A stretch of 64,000 nucleotides of DNA, taken from Marsupella aquatica. Its lineage: Eukaryota > Plantae > Marchantiophyta. Positions 49,301 through 60,031 of the stretch are shown here, piece after piece. Position numbers and translations under genes: made by a program. The stretch's first letter is position 1. Each line of letters begins with the position of its first letter. The stretch covers positions 14,461,680 to 14,525,679 of the forward strand of contig OZ316894.1 in NCBI GenBank assembly GCA_973895155.1, given 5' to 3'. The notes under the pieces were generated by a model. It saw only the letters and a list, made by a program, of their open reading frames with translations. It was not told the DNA's origin and did not search any database.

Positions 49301-50158
49301 GAGCTTTGGAGTACCCTGCCATGCCTTAGCATTTGCCTTCTTCTTCCTTTGGAAATAGTTGTAGGACTTGTTCCTGCATTCAATGAATCCCGTACAGGTA
49401 ACCTTCCCAAACTGCCAAAGGTTTTTAGGATGAACAGTTGCAGTTGTTGGAAATATGCGTGTCCAAATGTAACAATCTTTGGCACAATCCATGTCCCTAA
49501 GCCTAGAGCCTTTAGAGAGCATCTTATCAATGGGCGGCAACTCAAACACGACGTTACCATTGTACTTAGTTGGCAGACAGGACACTTGTTCATGCCTGAA
49601 ATGACCCGCTGATATGAACCGTGACAACTCACTATGACCAGTTGATTTGAGTAACGTATCCATCGCACTGCGCCGGTACACGACCTCCAACTGCTTAGAG
49701 CTTCCCGGAGTCTCAGCTTTCACGACAGCAGGGAGCGAGCTTTTCTTCTTCGACGGTGGACTTAGAGTACGATCTCCATCCTCGCTTGAAGAAATCTCAA
49801 CCACATCACATGGAACCGGCGGGAAACTGGACAGTCCTGTATGCTGTCTTAAACGAACCGAGTACGAGATCCCTACATAGAGATGCCAAAACCGTTCACC
49901 GTCATCGACATTGAACGTTGCAGCATCCTCGATATCATCAATGGATTCGAGCTCTCGAACAATGGCCTCAATGTCATTCATCTTCAAATCAAATCTCCCG
50001 CAGAGATACCTCTCCCGGACCTGCTTGTACTTATCTTCCATGGGGACGGGGATAGTCACAATATCTTTAGAACCGAATCGAGAAAGAATGATAGACCGAG
50101 ACATGGTGAACAAAAACAAAAACCAAGGGCTATAGCGTTTGAAAGAAGAAAAGTTCAT
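46355..50158 (-). pseudogene. Mutator-like DDE transposase of element B
   Basis: CTGFIEC, HIGEHNHP, FDVMQR, FMADNAQAGWNAVRNVF, DAFHF, intron 47885-48120, NCTGSESRH, SWIM CSCEDF...PCKH after a stop at 46610. At least two frameshifts. Confidence 0.9.
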
Positions 50159-51253
50159 GGTATTGTTCAGCTTATATCTGTCGAACCTGGGAATTTGACG
50201 TTAACCGATCCGTTTGTATACGACATAAAACATTGACGATGGAGGATCCGTTGGCACCATAAATGATTTTTGTCATTTTTCCCCGAGAAGTTCGGATGTC
50301 AGACACGAACATATTGCTAAAAAGATCACGAACCTTACTTAAACAGACCATAAGATATGACAAGGTATTGTCAAATTTTAGTAGCGCCTGGCGCTAACTA
50401 AAATACGCCACCAAAAATGTGTCTGAAATCTTGACATTCCAAACTAGCGCCCGACGCTAGTATAGAATAAATTCCCTTAAAATGAACATTATGACCACAT
50501 ACCAGGTGGTAATTGGGAATAAATGGTGCCTTCAAAGGATGGTTTTGATTGATTATGGATGATAAATGAACATTTATACTAGCGTCGGGCGCTAGTATTA
50601 CATTTGAGAAATATTTCTCCGTAAACGATGTACTGAAGGATACTTTAATAAAATATGGGGGTGGAAAGGCCGAAATTTATGTCATAGCTCCTTCAAAAAA
50701 GACCTCTAAATTTCTTCCAGTTTATACTAGCGCCGGGCGCTATTATAAGCATACTCTAAATTGTTCACCTTGATGGTCATCATTAATGCTAGCGCCCGGC
50801 GCTAGTATTGATATGATGTTAGGAAATGTCTTTAACGGTAACATTCAACGGTAACTTATGACTTCCGTGTGTGTTACGCATCTTCTACCGTTTGATTTTG
50901 GTAATTAAACCTTTCGTATACAGACGTTGGAAACCGCCAAACATCAGAGCTAATGGCTTTCCTCTAGGTTATGTCATCCTCCCGCTAGAATATATTACAC
51001 GTTCAGAGATGATTATAGTTCCATAATTTCATTGTACAATAGTTCGTACGCTTCTAGAAGGAAGACGATGGAGGTATTCCCCTCTTCTTCCAGAGGGTAT
51101 AGTGTGGTTCCTGACCAGGAGCGAGCTTATTCTGAATCTTTGCAGTCTTCGTTTACTGGTTCAGTCTATACACGTCGTGTAACTCGTTCCTCAAAGTTGT
51201 TGCCGCTCACTTCTGTCAGCGGTGTTTTGGGTCCAAATCCTTTGCGAAGAAAG

Positions 51254-54200
51254 ATGGACAACGTAGACATAATTGCGATCCAGGATGTTGCGGATTGCGC
51301 CGCTTGCTGAGACTGATCTCATTTCGAAGCATGTCATGTCTTTTGGAAAGGATTCTCGTGGATTTGACAAGGAGCCGCCTCGAATCCCTCTATGTCAATT
51401 GGTTCACATGGAGGTGGTTTGTACTCTGCAGAAAGACAGCTCTTCCATCGAGAAGCTGAAAGACTCTTTTCGTAGTATGGGTTACAACTCTTCGATAGGG
51501 ATGCATTTCTATGTGCAGCCAACGGATGAGAACAGAATTGTTCTGACCTGTACCCAGGACATTCGTGATTCATGGGATCCAATATGGCAATTGGAGAACG
51601 AGAAGTTTGAGGCTGAATGCGAGGCTGACCCGGATTTTCTCGTCTTGAAGGATAAGATGTTCTCTGTATTCGATGGAAATCACAGGCTGTACTCCTAGAC
51701 GCTTGTAACAGAGGAGAACCCGGACAATCCAAAATATCATCCTCGTGTGCTCTGTACAATATTTAAAGGAGACAAGGGATCTCTCATTGAAATTGAGGCA
51801 GCTATGCACACCGTGAATCAGTAAGTTCTCATGATTTCCAATTCTTTCTTTAAATCTTGCGAGTGCTGTATTTACTAGCGCTTGGCGCTGCTTATACATT
51901 AATTGTTTTTCATTGACTCTTACTCTCAACGTTTGTTCGTGTAGGCTTGGCCAAGCAGTTGTAGAGCCTTCCTGGATCCTAGATGCGGACAGAATCAAAC
52001 GAATTCTGGCGCATGACCTTGAGTATTACAGTAAACTGATTGACCCGGGTAATTTCAAGAAGTTTGAAAGCATTCGGCTGAAAACTCGGAAGGGGTCATG
52101 GTATACAAAGAAGATGCCACAAGAAGCACTTGTTTACATTCTTTGTAAGAATAAGATAAAGTCGTACTCGCATCAATTCAAACTCGACATGGAGGCAGCG
52201 GAGGCTCAAGGGAGTCCATGGTCGGCAGACGAGATTTCAAAACGGCATGCGGCCATGATGAAAGACGCAACCAAAGATTGGGCAGTGAAGTCTTCAAAAA
52301 TTACGCCCTTATTAAGTCCTGAATTTGAAGATTTCCTCAGTACATGTGCAGAAATGTATATTGTCACAGAGAGAAACAAGAGAGAGAAGAAGCCTGACAC
52401 CGTTGTATGTACGATGGACCACGCACGATTGTTCACCGCTGTTTCTGCTCTAGACCCAAAGTTACGAAGCACTTTACTTGTGGCACATTGCAATCCTGAG
52501 CTGCGGAGACAGTTTTTTCACCCAGCAAGTGTTAACGATGATCCAGTCAAACAATGGTGCCACACTTGGATCACTTGGAATAGTGTGGAGGGAATTGCTA
52601 CTGGCATGTTACATTCATGTCTACGTGAAGTTGAGCAAACCATGCCCGCGAATAGATTGGAAGAGTGGAATTGTAGTTCGTTTGATGATCTAGTTCAGTT
52701 TGTTACAAATGAATTCAAGAGATTTGGTGATTCCGTGAAGAATAAGTTCTTTCACACTATGTGGCCTTCAAAGTACCCTGACAAAGAAGATTACACCCAG
52801 AGAAACCAGAAGCGAGCGAAGAGGTTTGTGTATAGGTTCTACATGCACATGGAGGTAACCAAACCTGATTACTTCTGGGCATATCCTGCAGCTTTTATGA
52901 AGTGGATTTCAATAAGTGAAGATGATGCCTTGGCTGATTTGTACTCTATGTACCCCACGGAGGGCATATTTCCTCCGAGACCAATGACAGAATGGGAGAG
53001 AACTCACTGCCCCTGGTATCTAGATACAGATAGATGGGATTCTCCTTTTGATCAAAGGGAAAAAGATGCCTTCCATAAGCTTTCAAAGTCTCAGATACCA
53101 GCAAAACTTGTGTCCGACATGAAGCAGGGTCTACTTGACGATGTAGACAAGTCTGCCACAAACTTGCAAACTATCTGTGAAACAACTGTTGTGCATGTGG
53201 ACCGGAGTCGCAAACCTCGTGCGAAAGCCAAAGCGGAGCTAGCAGCACCGAGCGAGTCTACTAAATCTGGAAAGAAGAGTAAGTATTGCTATCCATGATT
53301 TTGCCAGCGCCAGGCGCTGGCAAAAAAATTCTGTTGAGGGTATTCTCTTTCTTGGTTATTAGGCTTCGGTTGCGACTTAAGTGAATTGCATTTGGTTAGC
53401 GCCAGGCGCTAGCTTCTTTCAATACTTTAAAAGTACTTATTCTAACTATGACCTGGTTATATTTTAGGAGGGAGGAAGTCTAATACGGTGGGAACGGGAG
53501 ATACTAAAAAGAATGCTACACCTGAAGTTTCCGAGGCAAACACGGGAGCTCGATTGGACCCCATTACTCCAGTCGACAAAGGGAAGGTTATAGTTCCTAT
53601 CGACGCCACGAGTACCAGGAAGAAACAAAAGAGAGCTGTCGAAGGTGGACAATCTTTAAGGGAGAGTGTTATAGCTTCTGGTTTCCAACGTGAAGTTGGA
53701 AACTTCAAAACAACTGTGTCTTGCCATTGCATGGTTGAGACAAGCCTTTCTGAATTTTTTGACTCGACGTTCAACAAGGAGGAGAAGCCCGAGTGGGTTA
53801 GTGATGTGGAGAAATGGGGAAAAGACCTCGTTAAGTTGGGATTTAAAGAGAAGGGAGTTGTTCGGGGGGGAAAAGTAAGATCGTTTGGAGTGGATGCCGG
53901 CTTCATTTACGTACCAACCGGGTTCAAACCATCTATCATTGATAAGAAGGTTCCTAAATGGAACATTCCAGATCACTCAATGGCGAGATCTTTTTTCAAA
54001 TCCATGGATCCATTTTTATCAGATGATGGGTTCCTTGTAATTCTACACAATGGGGAGTACGATCCCATGTCGCAAGTCATTGCTGCCTGTCAGGAGTCAA
54101 GGAAATTTCAGTGTATATGCTCGCATAATGTTGTGATGTCTGACCCGATGTATGCGGCAAAGACAGACCGAGAGATGTTTACCCTCAGGCTCAACATATT

Positions 54201-55158
54201 TGGCCGAATTAATGGGAAATGTAAAATTCCCAAAGACCCCAAATTTCGGCCGCTGTCCATCAGTGAGGACCCTTCGGTTACCAATTTGATCGGACTCTCT
54301 TCGCTCAAATCAGATCCATTCCCGCAAATGGAGTTTGCTGGAAATGCTCGTCTGTCTGTGGGTTTTATGCAATCTGTTATAGAGCTTGTCACACGGCCTC
54401 GTGATATTTTTATGGATTGGACTGCTGGGGCTGGAGGCTCTTACATTGTTGGCGACTTCTCTGGACGATTTGTACTCGGGATAGAACAACGGAAAGAATT
54501 TATTGAAACCGCTTCAAAGGTTTTCATGGATTTGTTGTCTCCCAAAGAGATTGCAGTGTTACCTCCACCTGTTCCTACTGCCGACAGAAAAAAGAGAGAT
54601 AAGCTTCGGTCGGTTCTCAATTTTGATTCTGATGATGAATCGAGTGAAGGTGAAGAGGAACAAGGTACAAGAAACTCTGAGAAGGAAAAGGGAGAGCGTC
54701 GTGCAGCTGCAGATGAAACCGATAGTGATGACTCTTCCGAGTAATGTTCATAAACTCGTAAGCTTCTTTCTCCATTCCCGACAATTCATAACATTTCTTT
54801 TGTTGTTTTGGGGAAAGGTGCCTTACAAAATGGACTTTGTTATATCAGGTCAGAGTGGAATGCAAGGAGACGATTCAAACTGCGGAGGAAGATCGCGAGA
54901 CACAACGTAGAAACACCGGAAAAACCGTTTGTTCTTCCCTCCTATGCAGAGAAAGCCGCAAGGAAAGTAGAAAGTGCAAGGACACTTTGCTGGGAAAACA
55001 AAGGTCTTCGGTTACGAAGGGGTGTTGACCGAAAGTTCATTAAACATCCTTATGTTGATGACTTCTCCCGCAGCCAGTACGTAGATGATGAGGCTGTGTC
55101 CACGGACAGATCCCAGAGTACAGATTCTGGTTCCGACTCAGAATCTTCGGAACCTTGA
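51254..55158 (+). pseudogene. ParB/Srx-like plus beta-class DNA-methyltransferase-like fusion gene, 4 exons, about 1150 aa (element B)
   Basis: Exons about 51254-51820, 51945-53278, 53468-54740 and 54849-55158 join in phase through GT-AG introns. VFDGNHRLYS; VDAGFIYVPTG; FLSDDGFLVILH; IELVTRPRDIFMDWTAGAGGSYIVGDFSGRFVLGIE. Lesions in exon 1 (frameshift near 51300, TAG at 51696). The start could be 51068. Confidence 0.85.
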
Positions 55159-55672
55159 GAAGTAGTGGGTAGTTGAGGCTAAATCTTTTAGCAGCGCCCG
55201 GCGCTTGTAACAAGTGTATTATTTCCCTCTACTGAGGGTCCTTTGAAATTGTTGATTTCTCTCTACTTGTGATTACTTTTGACTTCTGTTCTTTACAAGC
55301 GCCTGGCGCTCGCCAAATGGAATCTCTAAATGGCCGTTTAGTCAGTCGTCGGATTGTGTTCTTTAGTCAGTCGTCGGAAAACCGTTGGGGACCATAGTTT
55401 AGCGACCGGGCGGAAGGGACGACTATAGTTTCCGTTTAGGTTTGTTCAGGACGACGAGAGTTGGGGACGTTGATAGTTGAGGACGACGATAGTTTCGGGA
55501 AGATGATAGAACGGGATGTTAGAGCAGGGCGAGAGAACGGGTCGATACCGGTTACCAAGGCGAAGATAGTTTTGGGAGGCAATAGAACGGGACGATGATA
55601 GTTTGATGGTCATTTCGGAATGGTAGTGTACGCGGACCTTTATCTGGCGTCTTAGTCTTCGCGGACCTTTCT

Positions 55673-56215
55673 TTGACCTTTGTCGGCTATAGCACTCGCG
55701 GACGACGTTCTTACGGGAGGAGAGATTACATATTAGATCGAGATCTTTGGAACATGGCGAGTCAGTATGAGCCAATGGATTGGGAGGCAGCTTTTCGTCC
55801 TTCTCGTGTGCGTCCGGAAGAGAGCCATTTCAGCTCTTTTGAATCGCGGATGGAGACTGAAGAAACTGAAACTTCCACTTTTCGGAACCGTCATGCTCTC
55901 CCGTATGATGAGGCTATTAGTCTTGGAGAGAAGAACATCCCTTGGATTGTCGATTCCCCTACGCCTCCGTTCTCTAGTCGGTTTTCGTCTCACTCGGGAG
56001 TTCTTGTTGATGGGGTACTCCCAATCGATCGAAGAGTACAAGAAATGTTCGGGAGAGTTGATTTTAAGGACAGTAATATTCCTAATGAACATTTTACGAG
56101 GGCTGTTCGTCGAGGACCTTCAGAGGGATACGTTCGTTTGCGTGGTCTCGGCTTCAAGAAAGATCGGCGGAGAGAAGCAGCAGGAGTGGATGATGATTGC
56201 AACTCAGAAAGCTAG
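55673..56215 (+). CDS. Hypothetical small ORF inside element B
   Basis: 180-aa ORF (ATG at about 55754) with protein-like composition; no recognised domain. Confidence 0.3.
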   Translation: MTFVGYSTRGRRSYGRRDYILDRDLWNMASQYEPMDWEAAFRPSRVRPEESHFSSFESRMETEETETSTFRNRHALPYDEAISLGEKNIPWIVDSPTPPFSSRFSSHSGVLVDGVLPIDRRVQEMFGRVDFKDSNIPNEHFTRAVRRGPSEGYVRLRGLGFKKDRRREAAGVDDDCNSES

Positions 56216-57766
56216 ATGGAAATTTTGTTTTGCTGATCGCTTTAAGCTAGCGCCGGGCGCTGCTAAAGTTTTCCGGATTTTGTGGCATTGAAGTCGACCT
56301 CAGCTCTGGTGTTAGGGTTTTCCCGGTTGTCTACTATTTAGGTTTTGGCTAGCGCCGGGCGCTATTGAAACGACAACGGATTTTGTGGGAGGGAATGGAT
56401 CTTGACTATGTTGTCTGGGTTTGGACGCATCTTGTCTCCAAGAAACGACTAGTTTTCTAGTTAGTTTTTGGCTAGCGCCGAGCGCTGTTCATGTATTAGT
56501 CGAAAACCTCCGACGGTGTCGACCGTGACTTCATGGATGGGATTTTTAGGCCAGATTGTTGATGTTGATAACTGCATTTTGTATCACTTAAGCCGAGCGC
56601 GTTTTCTATTTTGCGATAATATATGCAAATGTTTTTTTCGGCCTTTCTTTTCTACTTGTATTTGTCTTGGATTTTGTGTATCTCAATTGGCAGCCGTCTT
56701 TTATGTTTCAAAAAATTGTTCCCGTGTTGTTCTTTTATTTATCACGAGGGTTTGGTGGTTTTGTTTTCTATTCTTATACTTTCAAATGGAGATTTTGAGA
56801 CCTTTTTTTAAGATCACTGTTCACGACCATCCAAACACTGTTCACTGGTAACAGCTCCTTTTAACTGGTACCAGAATCTGTTTCCTGTTACTGTTATCTG
56901 TTTGCTGTCGTTTGTAAATTCCCCCTCTCAGGCCTCATTTCTCTCATGGATTGTGTGTGTGTGTGAGGCAATCTGAGTGTATGATGGGACTAGCAGTGCC
57001 ACTGAGAGGTGTACAGGGTGCATTGAAGCGGGCTGGGTGAGGACTGTCATAGCTTTGATTGCTGAGAGTGGAACGGCAGAGTGGTGGGGCAATGGCTTAG
57101 AAGTCCCTAAGCCGGGAATCAGTCAGGAGTCACTGGTTTATGGGTACATTCCGGCGGCAGAATAGAAACATACCTATGACAGTAAGCATACGTATAGACC
57201 TATGCGCACCATAGCGCTAGGCCCTGTGTGTACGGGCCCGATATGAAGACCCCTTCTCACCAGAACTATCATGAGCGCAGATCTGATCCCCAACCTTGGT
57301 TCCTTGGGATTGAGCTTGGGTGATGTGTGATAGAGTCTTGCTATGATAGTCTGGTGTTAAGGGCATAAATTGGTGTTTACCGGCCTTCACAACATCCCTT
57401 CGTGATCCTCAGGTACAAGGAGATGGTTTTGGCACCCATAGTGACGTTTTTGGTGTTAAGACCCATGTCAATCGTGTGACATTTGTGTACTGGGCGGGGC
57501 CCTTCCCTAGCATGGTTGTTTGTCCCCAGCTCCAATGGGTTGTCCTCTCTTCTTCCTTGGTTCGGCAGTCGTAGCGACTCGTCTTTCTATTTCAATTGTG
57601 AAGGGGGCGTTAGTAGTAGGTATGTGGGACGTGGTTACCTGTGCTACATCAACAAACGCATCAGGTAATTGTTCCATGATTCTGGTGAGGTGGAGTATTC
57701 TCTGGACCTCTGTGTCGGTCTGTGCAGTTCTTGGATCATTCCAAAATTGCGAATTAATTTGCCATG

Positions 57767-59580
57767 TGTTATAACCCCTAGGATAGGTCTACCTAAGTTT
57801 AGGACACATGAGGCAGTTATACTACCAACCGCCTGAACAACAACCCAATGTACATATTTAAGTATTGGATGAGTAAAGTGAGTAGGATGATTTATGATGT
57901 TGAACACATTATCAAAATGAGTGGACTCACCCATATTTTTTTTTGGAGCTTAATCTGGCTAAGGAGAATTTGGCTTACGGGACTGTGGGATCTTTGGCGA
58001 ACTCCGTTTGATCAGATGGAGGGAGACCTACCCCAAGCAATCGATATCCAATAGCAAATTACCAGAAATAGAACAGGGAATTGCATCGAACAGTGCCGAC
58101 ATCATCAATCTCCAATTCAGCTTACCAATTAAGATCACAGTGAATCAAAAACAACTTTATTCCAACTTTGAACTTTCTGCCAATTGTTCAACAACAATAC
58201 ACCACGCTGAGCATAGATAGTTCTCACCCCTCCACTAATAAATTTACACACGGGACACAATGACTGCGAATACAATCGAGAAGTTATATTTTCAAGCGCT
58301 GTCCATAGATGGTGCAAATTTCTTATCTTGGACCCTCAACGTCGAGGCACATCTGGCATCTAAGAACTTAGAGGACACGATCCTAACTAACAATGGCCTC
58401 ACCCTCCAGGAGAAGGCCAAGGCACTGATCCTAATGGCACCACCTTGCCGACTCCTTGAAACGCCAGTACATGAATGCATACAACCCCCGAGTCCTATGG
58501 GACGAACTGTACGCCAGATTCGATCATACCCGAACAATATTTCTGCCAGCAGCCCGATATGATTGGATTAATCTCCGAGTACAGGACCACAAGACCATTG
58601 CCGACTACAATAGTGAACTGTTCCGAATCGTCTCCCAATTGACTATTTGCGGCCACCCAGTCAATGAAGAAGAACAAATTGAGAAGACCCTATCGACCTT
58701 TCACTCAACAAACCTGGTACTGGCCACTCAATATCGAAACATGCAATTCACCACATACTCGAAACTAATTGCCCACATGTTACTGGCAGAGAAACACCAA
58801 ATCCTATTGTTGCAAAATACTAAGCAGCGACCTCCCAACACTCTACCACCTCGAATGCAACTTGAAACTCTTTTCAACTCATGGAGATGCGGACCGAGCA
58901 CCTCATCGAGGGGAAGAGGTAGCAGCAGAGGAAGGAACACCTTCCGTGGCCGCGGAAACTCTTTTCAACGAGGCGGAAGAGGTTCATACCGTGGAGATAG
59001 GGGCCGAGGCTGACCAAATCCGGGCAGATTCCGCAACAACTAGACAAGGAACACCAACTCAGATAAGTTTGATAACCCACCTATTTGCCATAGATCGGGA
59101 CAAAAGGGCATATTAAGAAGACATGCCATGCCCCAGCCCACCTTGTAGCCCTATATCAAAAGAATTTGAATGTTGAAGAATACGAAACACACGAAACATT
59201 TCTAGAAACCCCAGAGATCTTACCTGAGATACACATCGTTCTTCAGTCTGAGATGTCTAAAGCCTTGGCAGATCCTCACTACTGCATACTTGACAGTGGA
59301 ACTTCTCATTCGATTTTAAGAACCAAAACCTACTTCAAACACATTATACCATCTCAAAGGAAAGTCACGACCACAATGGGGCACCACCAATTGGAAGAAG
59401 GAAACGGCCCCGCAAAACTAATACTGCCTAAGGGCACTATAATCCACATCCAATTTGCCATCTATGCCCCAAAGGCTACACGTAACTTACTGAGCTTTAA
59501 AGACATACGTGAAAATGGCCTGCACATCCATACCAGTATCCAAAATTCCTGAGAGGTACTACACATCGTCGCTATGACCC
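57767..59580 (+). mobile_element. Bianca-type copia 5' remnant (LTR start, gag, protease)
   Basis: TGTTATAACCCC LTR start; gag LYFQALSIDGANFLSW..., YDWINLRVQD, IEKTLSTFH; protease CILDSGTSHSIL. Frameshifted and truncated. Confidence 0.85.
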
Positions 59581-60031
59581 ATGGTGTCCTGAGGATAAGC
59601 AAAGAGGTGGGAAAGGGCCTCAAGGGACACGCAGGGTGTATGGCTGCTTGAGATAGGAAACGGTTGCAAACAAGATAAAGTATCTACCCTAACCTTTCAT
59701 CCACATCATCACAAGCAAGCAAGCATGCTTTCGAAACTCAAGCCATTTACATACTCATATCCAATCACAATCAAAATAACTAGTTCAAGCTTCCCAATGT
59801 AATCCTCACAAGTCTAAGCCCAACATTCAATTGGTCACCATTCCTTTTCCAACACTTGATTGCACACAATCCCTTGCAACCCTCTAAGGTACACAAGTTC
59901 AAGCTTACATCAATGTGGTCAAGTTAAGGGTCACTCTTGGTTGTGGCTAAGACAAGTGGGACATCCAAAGGTATGCAAGGCATCTCTATGCACCATTCAA
60001 ACATCCAACTTTCAAAACATGGGAAACTACT

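Larger units (their letters stand above)
26082..56487. repeat. Dispersed palindrome TAGCGCCNGGCGCTA (more than 30 copies by eye) in non-coding parts of elements A and B
   Basis: Examples at about 26082, 26145, 26683, 28539, 29989, 31193, 31434, 32842, 32905, 32971, 36774, 40093, 46236, 47926, 48061, 50382, 50445, 50580, 50728, 50790, 51876, 53306, 53397, 55193, 55298, 56248, 56350, 56473; also 1585. Confidence 0.95.
45642..56923. mobile_element. Element B: 11.3-kb Mutator-like DNA transposon with transposase and ParB/MTase-like gene
   Basis: 9-bp TSD CCTCTCAGG at 45633-45641 and 56924-56932. Imperfect TIRs GGGTATGATAGCCACGACAGAAAACAGAGAACAG and (rc) GGGAATTTACAAACGACAGCAAACAGATAACAG. Subterminal CTGTTACCAG motifs. 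Confidence 0.92.
43890..57481. mobile_element. Solo LTR of about 2.3 kb, itself interrupted by element B
   Basis: TG at 43890 and CA at 57481, flanked by 5-bp TSD TTTGT (43885-43889 and 57482-57486). Shares motifs with 24320-24350, 24800-24840 and 2580-2615. Confidence 0.8.
40970..57766 (-). mobile_element. Bianca-type Ty1/copia remnant split by nested insertions
   Basis: 3' LTR starts (rc) TGTTATAACCCC at 41132 after PPT AAGGGGGAG. RT/RH at 41980-43730. Continues at about 57487-57766 (DPRTAQTDTEVQRILHL...LPDAF). Outer LTR end approximate. Confidence 0.8.

Noticed and set aside
51254-55158. Bacterial plasmid/phage ParABS or restriction-modification locus (contamination)
   Set aside because: The gene has in-phase GT-AG introns conserved between copies, has no ParA or endonuclease partner, and is nested in plant retroelements with TSDs.
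54808-55158. Separate small gene downstream of the MTase-like ORF
   Set aside because: Donor at 54741 and acceptor at 54848 join it in phase as the last exon; the same arrangement is seen in element A.
25917-56923. A and B as arms of one giant inverted-repeat element
   Set aside because: Each has its own distinct TSD and target sequence, and they are substantially diverged.
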